A stretch of 64,000 bases of DNA from Octopus sinensis (taxonomy: Eukaryota), in NCBI RefSeq assembly GCF_006345805.1, contig NC_043023.1, forward strand, positions 682,001 to 746,000, in the 5' to 3' direction. Below the pieces are notes generated by a model. It was not told where the DNA came from. It made no database searches and worked only from the letters and a program-made list of their open reading frames with translations. The position numbers and the translations under genes were made by a program. Of this stretch, positions 12,821-25,962 are shown piece after piece. Numbering within the stretch: the first letter of the stretch is position 1; the number at the start of each line of letters is the position of its first letter.

Positions 12821-12826
<6 letters not shown>
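12594..12826 (+). mobile_element. Tc1/mariner internal-deletion derivative (MITE-like)
   Basis: TA+CAGGGTGTTCAAAAAGT and ACTTTTTGAAACTCTG TIRs; internal PPRSPDLTLPDFVFWG remnant. Confidence 0.75.
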
Positions 12827-12874
<48 letters not shown>

Positions 12875-13575
12875 TGTGTGTATTAGAAGAAATAAGGTAC
12901 TCAGAAATCTGGATGGTTTTATATTTACAGATATTTATTAATATGTCGCATGTTTTTATAAATCATATAATAGTGCTTGCACCCACTCTAGTGGATTCTT
13001 CAGATTTAATTTTTTCAGGAGATTCTTCTCTTTTTGTAGTATTACTGAGTGTATAGGGGTAGAGAGAGATATAGGATAGTAAAAGAGGGTGAGGAATGGG
13101 GAGCAAGTGAGAGAGAGTGCATATGTGTGTGTGCTTGTGTGTGTGTGCCTTTGTATCTGAAAGGAATGTCAATGGAAAAGAGAAGATAAGAAAGAAGGAA
13201 GAGAGAAAGGAGAAGAAATATGTTTACTTCTATACTGCTGGTCAGTTCTTTCAATAGAAAGTGATTCTTGGCCAAATCTACCAAATCCACTCACAAGGCT
13301 TTTGTCAGCCCGAGGCTACAGTAGAAGACACTTGCCTAAGGTACACACAGTGGGACTAAACCCAGAACCATGTGGTTGGTAAGCAAGCTACTTACCACAC
13401 AGCCACTCCTGAAAAAAATATGTTAATATTTTGCTTAGGCATAGTAAGACTAATATCATGGTATAGAACTCAATACATTTTATGTTCCAGAACACAATGT
13501 TAGATGAGTAGAGAGAGGCAATAAGAACAAAGAAATGACACCAGAAAAAACAAAGGGTATGTAATGAACTTCATT

Positions 13576-13656
13576 AGCTTACAGATGTTTCTGCTGTGAG
13601 TTGTGGTGGAGTCTTAGCTGAGTACCCAGATAACATACTATAGCTTCATCAGAGCC
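13576..13656 (-). ncRNA. Minimal hammerhead motif (family D)
   Basis: Minus strand reads GGCU-CUGAUGA-AGCU...AGCA-GAAAC-AUCU-GUA-AGCU; stem I is 4 bp including one G-U. Confidence 0.6.
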
Positions 13657-13982
13657 TTAAATATGAAGTGCACCATATTTGAGAATATTACATTCTCAGA
13701 ACATATGTGTGTTACGAGTGTTTATATATATATGGAGGCGCATGGCTTAGTGGTTAGTGTGTCAGCATCATGATCATAAGATTGTGGTTTCAATTCTAGG
13801 ATTGGGCGACATGTTGTGTTCTTGAGCAAAACACTTCATTTCACGTTGCTCCAGTCCACTGAGCTGGCAAAAATGAGTAACGCTGCGATGGATTGGCGTC
13901 CCGTACAGCTGGGGAACACATATGCCATAGAAACCAGGCCCATGAGCCTAGTTAGGCTTTAAAAGGGGGTGCATTTTTTATT

Positions 13983-14018
<36 letters not shown>

Positions 14019-14641
14019 GTGTGTGTAAGACAAAACTTCAAAGTTACTGTCAACCTCTGCCTGATAAAAATTTAATACCCATATGTATTGAGAAATCCTT
14101 TAGTTTAATATTGGTTTCAAATTTTGGCACAATGCCAGCAATTTTGTGGGAGGGGCTAAGTCAATTACATCGACCCCAGTGTTCAGCTGGTACTTATTTT
14201 ACTGGCTTTGAAAGGACAAAAGGCAAAGTCTACCTTGGCTAAATTTTAACTTAGGATGTTGAGACAGATGAAATGCCGCTGAACATTTCGCATAGCACAA
14301 GAATGATTCTGCCAGCTTGCCTCCATATTCTTTCAACTTAAAATTAAATTGTTTTTATATATCGTCTCACATAAAAACAAACATTAGCAATTCTACATAC
14401 ATACTTTATGTGTGTTTGTGTGTGTGTGTACAGAAACATTTTTATATATAACTTCGCATAACAATAAACATTAATATGTATATTCAAGCAATGATATATA
14501 TATATGTGTGTATATATATATATATGCAAATCTCTCTCCCCCTCTCTCCCTTCCTCCTTCTCTCTTTCTCTCTCTCTCTCTCTCTCTACATATATATATA
14601 TATATATGTATGTATGTGTGTACACATAAATAAATATACAG

Positions 14642-14672
<31 letters not shown>

Positions 14673-14741
14673 AATATATATATATATATATCTATATATA
14701 TATATATATGTGTGTGTGTATATATATATATATTATATATA

Positions 14742-14785
<44 letters not shown>

Positions 14786-14968
14786 GTGTGTGTGTGTGTG
14801 TACAAACATGCTTCTTGCACACATCTGTTTAAAAAAAAAGTGAAATACTTCCCAAGTGTGAAGTAGACACAAAATGGTTGTGCTGTATTAGAATTTCAAG
14901 AATGGCAAAAACAGATATGCAATACACACACACACACACACCACACACACACACACATACATATACAT

Positions 14969-15046
<78 letters not shown>

Positions 15047-15110
15047 GTATGTATATATATAGATATATATATTTATATAAATGTATATATATGCATGTAT
15101 GTGTGTGTGT

Positions 15111-15149
<39 letters not shown>

Positions 15150-15399
15150 CACACATATTCACACACTAATAAAGTAGAAAAACTGCAAATAGTAGCATAT
15201 TTCTGTCTTTTGCAGTGGAATTACTAGAATTCGGTGAGGATTTTCAGTCTTTTATTTATCAACAAGGGACAAATTTTTTGTAGTTGTTGTTGATGCTGGT
15301 GACGCCAGTGGTATAGCGGTGGTGGTGGTAATGATTTTTGAGGTTGTTGTGGTTGATGTTGTTTTGGGATGTTAAGTTGATATCTTTGCCATGTACATA

Positions 15400-16232
<833 letters not shown>

Positions 16233-16240
16233 TATATTAT

Positions 16241-16893
16241 GGGGTATGATTTAAAACAGCATCTGGTAGTTGGACCCTCATATGAGAGCTCTGGGGTTTT
16301 GAGGAATAAGTAACCACCTCTTAGCCACTGTTGCTCCCAGGTCTACTCAGACCCAGATTAATAGCACCTGTCAGGGTCCCAGCTATGGGTGGTTAATTAG
16401 CATGTCTGTATATGTTCTGTGTATGGCTTCAAACTGCCTCTGGTTGTGGGGCCCTAATGAGCAATTTCTAGGGTTCTGAGGAATGTGGAACTACCTCTTA
16501 GCCACTATTGTTCCCAGGTCAACCCTAACCCGGGGTAATAGCATCTGTCTTAGTCCCAGCTATGGGTTAATTAATCTACCTGTATATGTCCTGGTTGTAT
16601 TAATCTACCTGTATAAGTTCATCTGGTTGTGTGGTTCTGGTTTGGCAGTTCCAGTGCTTTAAAGAGTGTAGGACAACTTCTTAACCACTGCTGTTCCCTG
16701 GTCTGCACTGACCTGGGGTAGTAGCACTTGGGTTAATTAGCATGTCTTTATATGTCTTGGGTATGACTTTAAACTGCATGCAATAGAAGAACCTTTTATG
16801 GGTTTTCCGGGGTTTTTAGGAGTGTGGAACCATATCTGAGCCAATGTTGTTCCCAGCAACTGTTGGAATCCCAGCTATGGGTTAATTAGCCTA
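16241..16893 (+). repeat. Diverged tandem array, ~4 units of ~130-180 bp
   Basis: Recurring CTCTTAGCCACT..TTCCCAGGTC and (CCCAGCTAT)GGGTTAATTAG motifs. Confidence 0.75.
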
Positions 16894-17444
16894 TGAACCA
16901 CTGGGAGTGAAGGACCTCCAGTTCTTGTTAGAACTTAGTTCTAAGAAGGTAAACTCATAAAAAACAAAAACTTGAAGTGCCATTGTTTTTGGTCATCTCA
17001 ACGTTTGTTGTGCCACTGGTTTTATAGATAGTAGTACAATACTATCCAAGGAAGTTGACTGTGGCCATGCTGGTGTACCACCTTAAGTCAAACAAATCAA
17101 CCCCAGGACTTATTCTTTGTAAGCTTAGTACTTATTCTATTGGTCACTTTTGCCAAACTGCTAAGTTACGGCACAAAAACACACCAACATTGGTTGTCAA
17201 GCGATGGTGGGAGGACAAACACAGACACAAAAACACAAATACACATGCACATATACACGACAGGCTTCTTTCATTTTCCATCTACCAAGTCTACTGACAA
17301 GGGTTTGGTCGACCCAAGAGACTATATTAGAAGACACTTGCCCAAGGTGTCATGCAGTGGGACTGAACCTAGAACCATGTGGCTGGTAAGCAAGCTTCTT
17401 ACCACACAGCAATGCCTGCACCTGTATCTATATATTTATATATA

Positions 17445-17835
17445 GGTGCAGGAGTGGCTGTATGGTAAGAAACCTGCTTACGAACCACATGGTTTCAGGT
17501 TCAGTCCCACTGCGTGTCACCTTGGGCAAGTGTCTTCTACTATAGCCTCAAGCTGACCAAAGCCTTATGAGTGGATTTGGTAGATGGAAACTGAAAGAAG
17601 CCCATCGTATATATGTATGTATATATATACATATGTGTGTGTGTGTGTGTGTGTATCTGTGTTTGTCCCCCCAACATCGCTGGTGTATTTACATCCTTAT
17701 AACTTAGTGGTTTGGCAAAAGAGACCGATAGAATAAGTACTGGGCTTACAAAGAATAAGTCCTGGGGTCGATTTGCTCAACTAAAGGTGGTGCTCCAGCA
17801 TGGCCACAATCAAATGACTGAAACAAGTAAAAGAG
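17445..17835 (+). mobile_element. Dominant ~400-bp SINE copy
   Basis: Collinear with 4705-5093; head-to-head with a minus copy at 17040-17422. Confidence 0.9.
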
Positions 17836-18758
17836 TGTGTGCTTGTGTGTGTCTTTAGTTCATTGTTGCTTGATGACCAGTGTTGGTTTGTTTACTTCCC
17901 TGCAACTTAGTGATTTGTCAAAGATACCAATAGAATAAGTAGTAGGCTTAAAAAAATAAATCCTGGGGTCAAATTGTTTGACAAAAACACTTCAAGGCAT
18001 TGCTCCAGCATGGTCACAGTCAAATGACTAAAGCACTAAAAACAATCTATATCTATATATATATATATATCATTTATTTGTTTCACTCATTAGACTGTAG
18101 CCATGCTGGCACTTACTCTACCAGCCTCTTTTTGCCAAACCACTATAGCATGGGGATGTAAACAAACCAACACTGGTTGTTAAGCAGGGGTGGGGAACAA
18201 ATACAGACATGAAGACACAAACAAACATATATACAATATATATATAAATATATATATATATATATTAATATGTTTGAAGATGAATAGATTCAACGGATAT
18301 AAATTAATTTATTACTTAGTATTTCAGTTGATTAAAATGCAAACTGATATTATTATATATGTATTGTAATTTAAATTGGGTACAAAGTGAAACAATTGTA
18401 GGCAATGTTAAATAATCAATAAATTAATTTATATTCATTTTCAAACTTTTTAATAATATTTCATATTTTATAGTATATTATTGAATAAATATCTCTTCAC
18501 AATATAATACCTTAAACCAGGTTATTTTGGATAACACTATCCTTATGAGAAGTTTGAGTATCCTCATATCGTGAACATATATACGACAAGCTTCTTTTAG
18601 TTTCCGTTTGCCAAATCCACTCATGAGGTTTTGGTTGCCCTGAGACTATAGTAGAAGACATTTGCCCATGGTGCCTCGCAGTGGGACTGAGCCTGGAACC
18701 ATGTGGTTGGTAAGCAAGCTACTTGCCACACAGCCTCTTCTGTGCATATATGTATATA

Positions 18759-19945
18759 GAGGGTGCAGTGAATAAATTGTCTAAATTATATATTTATCAA
18801 AATTTCATAAAAATTGGCTTTAAACCACAGCCTCCCGATGACTTTGGAATATCCTGCAGCTCTTATGGATGGTCTCCTTGTTTAAGTTGGTGAATGCTGC
18901 CTTAATCTTTGCCTTCAGTTCAAATTTGCTGTTAGAAGAAGTTTTTTCAATTATGCCCCACACATAATATGCAAGGGGGTTGTAGTTTAGGGAGTTAGAA
19001 GGCCAGGTGTTAGGGGTGATGCAGTCGTAGAAATTGTCTGACAGTCATGACTGTGTACTCCTGCTTGTGTGGCATGGTGCAGAGTCCTGTTTCCAGACAT
19101 AGGGTCTTCCGGCAGCCACTCTCTTGACCCAGGGCAGCACTACCTCCTTCAAGCACTTGATGTAGGTCTCTGTGTTGAGTGTGAGGCCATGTGGGAAGAT
19201 GAATGGAAGCATAACGTCGCCATCACTAGAGATCATCCAAACACCATGATGTTGACAGGATGTTCAATTTTTAACACTCTTGGTAAGTGTTTTGAGGACA
19301 CAGCAAGCTAATGGTTGTTTTGTGTGTTCACCATCTGATCCTGTCAGAAATTTTTCTCATCTGAAAAATACCAAAGCATGTTTGGTTGGAGGGGATCCTT
19401 GAGTTTGTTCAAAAGCTTTGTAGTGCAATCTTCCCCCTTTCCTTCATTGCTTGGGATTAGAAATGGCCCTTTCTCATCTTGTTTAAGGAATACTGAATGT
19501 CTTCATGCACTACCTGCCTAATAAGAAACTCAGACACTTCCATGTCCCTGGGGATGAACCTGATTACTTGGAGAGATCCTTGTCAATCATGGCCTGAATC
19601 CCACCAACAAATTCAGGAGTTCTTATTAGAATGATCAGAGTGAGTTTTCTAAGCTACCATACCTTTGTAATCATCATTAGACTCATCCAATTCCTTCTGA
19701 ATCCTCTGCACTGTCCACAGATTGACATCGAAACACTCTGAAATATCTGTATGGAGCTTCTTGCATGAATACCAAGCAGAACAGTATAATGTTTCCAAAT
19801 TTCTAGCAGAATGAATTGCATCATGGTGCTCTTTTCTTCACAGATAGTGCCCAATTGACCCTACTATACTGTATAGTCAACAAAATCAGAAACAATGAGT
19901 AAAATTAAAAATATAAAATGGCAACAATTTACCCATCGCATCCTG
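18759..19945 (-). mobile_element. maT (DD37D-like) Tc1/mariner transposon, decayed, full length
   Basis: Degenerate ~30-bp TIRs flanked by TA; remnants GDVMLPFIFPHGL, PYVWKQDSAPCHTS and ITPNTWPSNSLNYNPLAYYVWG. Confidence 0.85.
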
Positions 19946-20136
19946 TATATTATGGGTGTGTGTGTGTGTGTGTATACACGTATATAAATATATAAGTATA
20001 TATACTTTTAGTAACTTCTATGCTGAAGTAGAAACAACATGTTCTTTGTCTATCTCCTTAACTTCTTGGAGATTTTAGGTAAAATTATACTAATGTGTCC
20101 ATCTGTTCTAATGTAATTAAATATTCTATGCTTTTG

Positions 20137-20223
20137 TGCAGCTGAAGATAGCTCTACATTTTAAATTGATGTTATGATTGCATTGTTCAATTAACTTGAG
20201 TTGAATGAAATGATTGTACTGCA
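20137..20223 (+). ncRNA. Decayed type I hammerhead motif
   Basis: UGCAG-CUGAAGA-UAGCUC...GAGUUG-AAU-GAAAU-GAUU-GUA-CUGCA. Perfect 5-bp stem I. GAAATGATTGTA equals GAAACGATCGTA with both CpGs deaminated. Confidence 0.55.
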
Positions 20224-20254
20224 TTACCTCTGGATATCCTTGTTGCTTATTTTG

Positions 20255-20303
<49 letters not shown>

Positions 20304-20497
20304 TTCTAGGTCACTGGTAGAAAAATTTCTATAATTTTCTTGTATATTTTTCCTAATATGATTTTAGTAATTTTGAAGTAAGTCGACATTTTTATTTGCT
20401 GTTGACAAAAACTGCACTTCCGCGGTGGATTTGAAAAATTATAATATATAATGATGAGACATGCTACTTTGTTTCATAATTATATGTTCATTTTTGG

Positions 20498-20574
20498 TGT
20501 AACTGCTGATGAGAACTTCGCCTAGCAAATTATTTTATTTGTTAATTAAAGTTCGAAACCTAAGTCCAGTAACA
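20498..20574 (+). ncRNA. Canonical type I hammerhead ribozyme, predicted cleavage after GUC at 20566
   Basis: CUGAUGA 20506-20512. Stem II GAACUU/AAGUUC (6 bp) extended by UAGCAAAU/AUUUGUUA. GAAAC-CUAA-GUC. Stem I ACUG/CAGU plus UGU/ACA. Confidence 0.85.
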
Positions 20575-20728
20575 AAATATGGTAATGCTTTTATTTTTCC
20601 TTCCCTTCAAAATTGCCCATAACTGTGGTTTGGATTCTGACTGCTCCTTCTAACATGTAAAATGTCCTGTTAGGGTCACCTCTTCTGTGTTTAAATGTAC
20701 ACTAATCTTATATGAAAAAATATATACA

Positions 20729-21117
20729 GGCATAGGAGTGGCTGTGTGGTAAGTAGCTTGCTTACCAACCACATGGTTCCGGGTTCAGTCCCACTGCATG
20801 ACACTTTGGGCAAGTGTCTTCTACTATAGCCTCGGACCGACCAAAGCCTTGTGAGTGGATTTAGTAGGCAGGAACTGAAAGAAGCCCGTCGAATACATGT
20901 ATATATATATATATGTGTGTATGTGTCAGTGTTTGTCTCCCCAACATCGCTTGACAACCGATGCTAGTGTGTTTACGTCCCCATAACTTAGTGGTTCGGC
21001 AAAAGAGACCGATAGAATAAGTACTAGGCTTACAAAGAATAAGTCCTGGGGTCGATTTGCTTGACTAAAGGCAGTGCTCTAGCATGGCCACAGTCAAATG
21101 ACTGAAACAAGTAAGAG
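20729..21117 (+). mobile_element. Dominant SINE copy inside the tandem duplication (twin at 21686-22075)
   Basis: Collinear with 4705-5093; duplicated together with its flanks. Confidence 0.9.
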
Positions 21118-21214
21118 TATATATATAATTTCACCAAGTAGAATTCGGCAAATTATTGATTACTTGGTGAAATTATTGATTACTTCTTAATTAATTAATT
21201 TTACCCTTTGTTAT

Positions 21215-21262
<48 letters not shown>

Positions 21263-21454
21263 CTAGGTCACTGGTAGAAAAATTTCTATAATTTTCTTGT
21301 ATATTTTTCCTAATATGATTTTAGTAATTTTGAAGTAAGTCGACATTTTTATTTGCTGTTGACAAAAACTGCACTTCCGCGGTGGATTTGAAAAATTATA
21401 ATATATAATGATGAGACATGCTACTTTGTTTCATAATTATATGTTCATTTTTGG

Positions 21455-21531
21455 TGTAACTGCTGATGAGAACTTCGCCTAGCAAATTATTTTATTTGTT
21501 AATTAAAGTTCGAAACCTAAGTCCAGTAACA
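21455..21531 (+). ncRNA. Identical second copy of the canonical hammerhead, predicted cleavage after 21523
   Basis: Same sequence as 20498-20574, offset 957 nt. Confidence 0.85.
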
Positions 21532-22172
21532 AAATATGGTAATGCTTTTATTTTTCCTTCCCTTCAAAATTGCCCATAACTGTGGTTTGGATTCTGACTG
21601 CTCCTTCTAACATGTAAAATGTCCTGTTAGGGTCACCTCTTCTGTGTTTAAATGTACACTAATCTTATATGAAAAAATATATACAGGCATAGGAGTGGCT
21701 GTGTGGTAAGTAGCTTGCTTACCAACCACATGGTTCCGGGTTCAGTCCCACTGCATGACACTTTGGGCAAGTGTCTTCTACTATAGCCTCGGACCGACCA
21801 AGCCTTGTGAGTAGATTTAGTAGGCAGGAACTGAAAGAAGCCCGTCGAATACATGTATATATATATATATATGTGTGTATGTGTCAGTGTTTGTCTCCCC
21901 AACATCGCTTGACAACCGATGCTAGTGTGTTTACGTCCCCATAACTTAGTGGTTCGGCAAAAGAGACCGATAGAATAAGTACTAGGCTTACAAAGAATAA
22001 GTCCTGGGGTCGATTTGCTTGACTAAAGGCAGTGCTCTAGCATGGCCACAGTCAAATGACTGAAACAAGTAAGAGTATATATATAATTTCACCAAGTAGA
22101 ATTCGGCAAATTATTGATTACTTGGTGAAATTATTGATTACTTCTTAATTAATTAATTTTACCCTTTGTTAT

Positions 22173-22204
<32 letters not shown>

Positions 22205-22213
22205 ACATGTGTA

Positions 22214-22244
<31 letters not shown>

Positions 22245-23003
22245 GTGTGTATATATAGGGAGAGAGACACATGATGGACTTCTACACAGTTTCCATTTGA
22301 CGAATTCACTCACAAGGCATTAGTCAGACAGGGGCTTTAGTTGTAGAGACTTGACCAAGGTGTCATGCAGTGGGACTGAACCCCAAACCATGTGGTCATA
22401 AAGCAAGCTTCTTAACCTCACGCCCACACCTATGCCTAGAGGCCCCATAATTTGTTATGGGGTCCCTTCAGAGAGTGAAAGAAATTCTTTCTAGGCAGGG
22501 GATTTGAACTCCTAACAAATAGACCAGTTAATTTTAGTCTCTCTCTTTCTCTTTCAATAACAACATCACCAATGACAACATCAATACCAACAACATGAAC
22601 ATCAATACAAAAGAGGAGGAGGGGGAGGAACGAGTGGGAGTGGTGGGAGGAGTAGTCCGGCATCAAAAGCAGTTGTTTACATGGAAAAAATGTCGAACAC
22701 CAACGGAAATTACCAACCACACTTCCGGTCTGTACGACTCAGTGATTACGTTGTTTTTCAGCTCGCTGTTCTCGCCATGGCCACCCCCACCCACCAATCC
22801 GACATCGTTGCAAGCCACAACCTAACTTCACCATTAGTCAGCCATACATGAAATGCATACGTGCACACATATGCATAAATGTGTGTGTATGTATCTATGT
22901 GTATGCACATAAGCACATGCCAGCTATTATGTGTGCATATATATCTAAATATGTTTGTGTATGTGTACATATATATATATATGTGTGTGTGTATGTATAT
23001 ATA

Positions 23004-23034
<31 letters not shown>

Positions 23035-23303
23035 TTATATGCACATATATATGTACACACCCATATGCACATGAGCATACACACAAATATATATATATAT
23101 AATATATATATAAATAATAGATATATGTATGCACACAAGATGTACTATACATTCTTATACACATGTAAGTATATATACATGTATATATATGTGGGGGTGT
23201 GAGAGTATACATGCATATACACATATTTCTATATATATATATATATATATATACAAATGCACACACACACACATAAATATCTATCTAAATATGTATGCAT
23301 ATA

Positions 23304-23339
<36 letters not shown>

Positions 23340-23749
23340 TATGAAACATTCTGGAAAGATCTTAAGATTATGACTCCGGATATTGCTTTTTGCCGATTCC
23401 GTTCGGTCAGATGAGATATCAATAACCCCACGACTCTCCACCCATGACAACCCCAACTTCCATATCCTCTGCCCACTCACCCCCCACCACCATCTATGAC
23501 TTCATATCAGTCTCAACACGTCACTATGACCTGGTGCAAGTAAACAACATTCATTACTACTACTACTACTGGTAATGATAATGAAAATATTGGTTTCGCA
23601 TTTTTGCACAAGGCCAGCAATTTTAGGGGAGGGGATGAGTCAATTACATTGACCCCAGTACATAACTGCTACTTATTTTATCGACCCAGCAAGGATGAAA
23701 GGCAAAGTCAACCTTGACAGAGTTTAAACTTAGAACATAAAGATAACAA

Positions 23750-23854
23750 TAATAATAATAATAGTAATAGTAATACTAATACTAATAATAATAATAATAG
23801 TAATAGTAATAATATATAATAATAATAATAATAGTAATTATAATAATAATTATA

Positions 23855-23885
<31 letters not shown>

Positions 23886-24418
23886 TAGTAATAATAATAG
23901 TAATAGTAATAATAATAATAATAATAATAATAGTAATATTAATAATCATAATAATAGTAATAATAACAGACAACGTGTCTCTAAAAGAAATGGAGAAACT
24001 CTCAAAATACAAAGACCTGGAAATAGAGGTAACTAGAATGTGGAATCTGAAAACAGAAACAATTCCTATCATAGTAGGTGCATTAGGCATGATAAAAAAA
24101 TATTCAGACAAATACATAACAAAAACACCAGGACTTACAAACACATATAACATACAGAAAATTGCACTACTAGGCACTGCACACATCCTATGCAGAACAC
24201 TTTCCATACAATAACCATCAAAGCATCACAACAAATCACAGCACATACCTAAGGCACACAGAGCTGCGCTCGGTAGTGAAGTGAAAGCACGCTATAAAAA
24301 TAAAACTACTGAATAATAATAATAATAATAATGATAATATAATAATAATAATATAATAAATAATAATAATAATAATAATAGTAATTATATAATAATTATA
24401 ATAATAATAATAATAATA

Positions 24419-24461
<43 letters not shown>

Positions 24462-24973
24462 GTAATTATAATAATAATTATAATAGTAATAATAATAATA
24501 ATAATAGTAATAATAATAATAATAGTAATAATAGTAATAATAGTAATAATAATAATAATAGTAATAATAATAGTAATAATAATAATAAATAATAATAATA
24601 ATAATAAGTAATAATAGTAATATTAATAATAATAGTAATTATATAATAATTATAATAATAATAATAATAATAGTAATAATAATAATAATAGTAATTATAA
24701 TAATAATTATAATAGTAATAATAATAATAATAATATAGTAATAATAATAATATAGTAATTATAATAATAATTATAATAGTAATAATAATAATAATAGTAA
24801 TAATAATAATAATAATAGTAATAATATAATAATATATAATATAATAATATAATAATAATAATAATAATAATAGTAATAATATAATAATAATAATAATAAT
24901 AATAATATAATATAATAATAATAATAGTATATAATAATAATAATAGTAATAATAGTAATAATAATAATAATAG

Positions 24974-25004
<31 letters not shown>

Positions 25005-25161
25005 TATATAATAATAATAATATAGTAATTATAATATAATAATAGTAATAAATAATAATAATATAATAATAATATTAATAATAATAATAATATAATAGTA
25101 ATAATAATAATAATAATAGTAATAATAATAATAATAGTAATAATAGTAATAATAATAATAG

Positions 25162-25195
<34 letters not shown>

Positions 25196-25410
25196 GTAAT
25201 AATAATAATAATAGTAATATTATTAATCATAATAATAGTAATTATAATAATAATTATAATAGTAATAATAGTAATAATAATAATAATAATAATAGTAATA
25301 ATAATAATAATAGTAATATTATTAATCATAATAATAGTAATTATAATAATAATTATAATAATAATAATAATAATAATAATATTAATAATAATAGTAATAA
25401 TAATAATAAT
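23750..25410 (+). repeat. (TAA/TAG)n trinucleotide array of ~1.65 kb, interrupted by a LINE end
   Basis: Direct inspection. Confidence 0.95.
23967..24311 (+). mobile_element. 5'-truncated Dong/R4-like (RLE) non-LTR retrotransposon 3' end
   Basis: ORF end EKLSKYKDLEIEVTRMWNLKTETIPIIVGALG...IQKIALLGTAHILCRTL* resembles the RLE C-terminus. A ~100-bp 3'UTR follows. Flanked on both sides by (TAA)n, the known Dong target. Confidence 0.82.
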
Positions 25411-25575
25411 CCTTTCTTGTGGACTCAAATTTATGGGGAGGGGACTAGTCAATTACATCGACCCCTATGTTTCACTGGTACTCATTTCATCGACCCCGAA
25501 AGTGGTTCTTGAGATATCTTATCCATGGACAAACAAACATGACTGAAAACAATACCTTCACGGTTGCTAAGGCAA

Positions 25576-25617
<42 letters not shown>

Positions 25618-25880
25618 TATAATAAGGCCAGTAGGTCTGGGGCAGGGGTAGCTCAATTACATCAGACCTGGTGCTCAACTGATGTTTATTTTATTAACCC
25701 TGAGAAGAAAAGGAGTAGAATTGAACCAGTGTGTATGTGTTAATTATACTGTCATAATAACTCTCCCTAGACACAAGATAAAGTAGACTCCAGCGGAATT
25801 TGAACTCAGAACGTAAAGGCAGATGAAATGTCATTAAGTATTTTGCCTGGCATGCTAATGATTCTGCCAGCTCACTGCCT

Positions 25881-25952
<72 letters not shown>

Positions 25953-25962
25953 TGATGATGAT

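Larger units (their letters stand above)
20257..22175 (+). repeat. Near-identical ~957-bp tandem duplication bounded by (TA)n(GA)n
   Basis: TTCTAGG at 20304 and 21261; TTACCCTTTG at 21201 and 22159. I saw only a few differences, e.g. ACCAAAGCC/ACCAAGCC and GAGTGG/GAGTAG. Confidence 0.95.
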
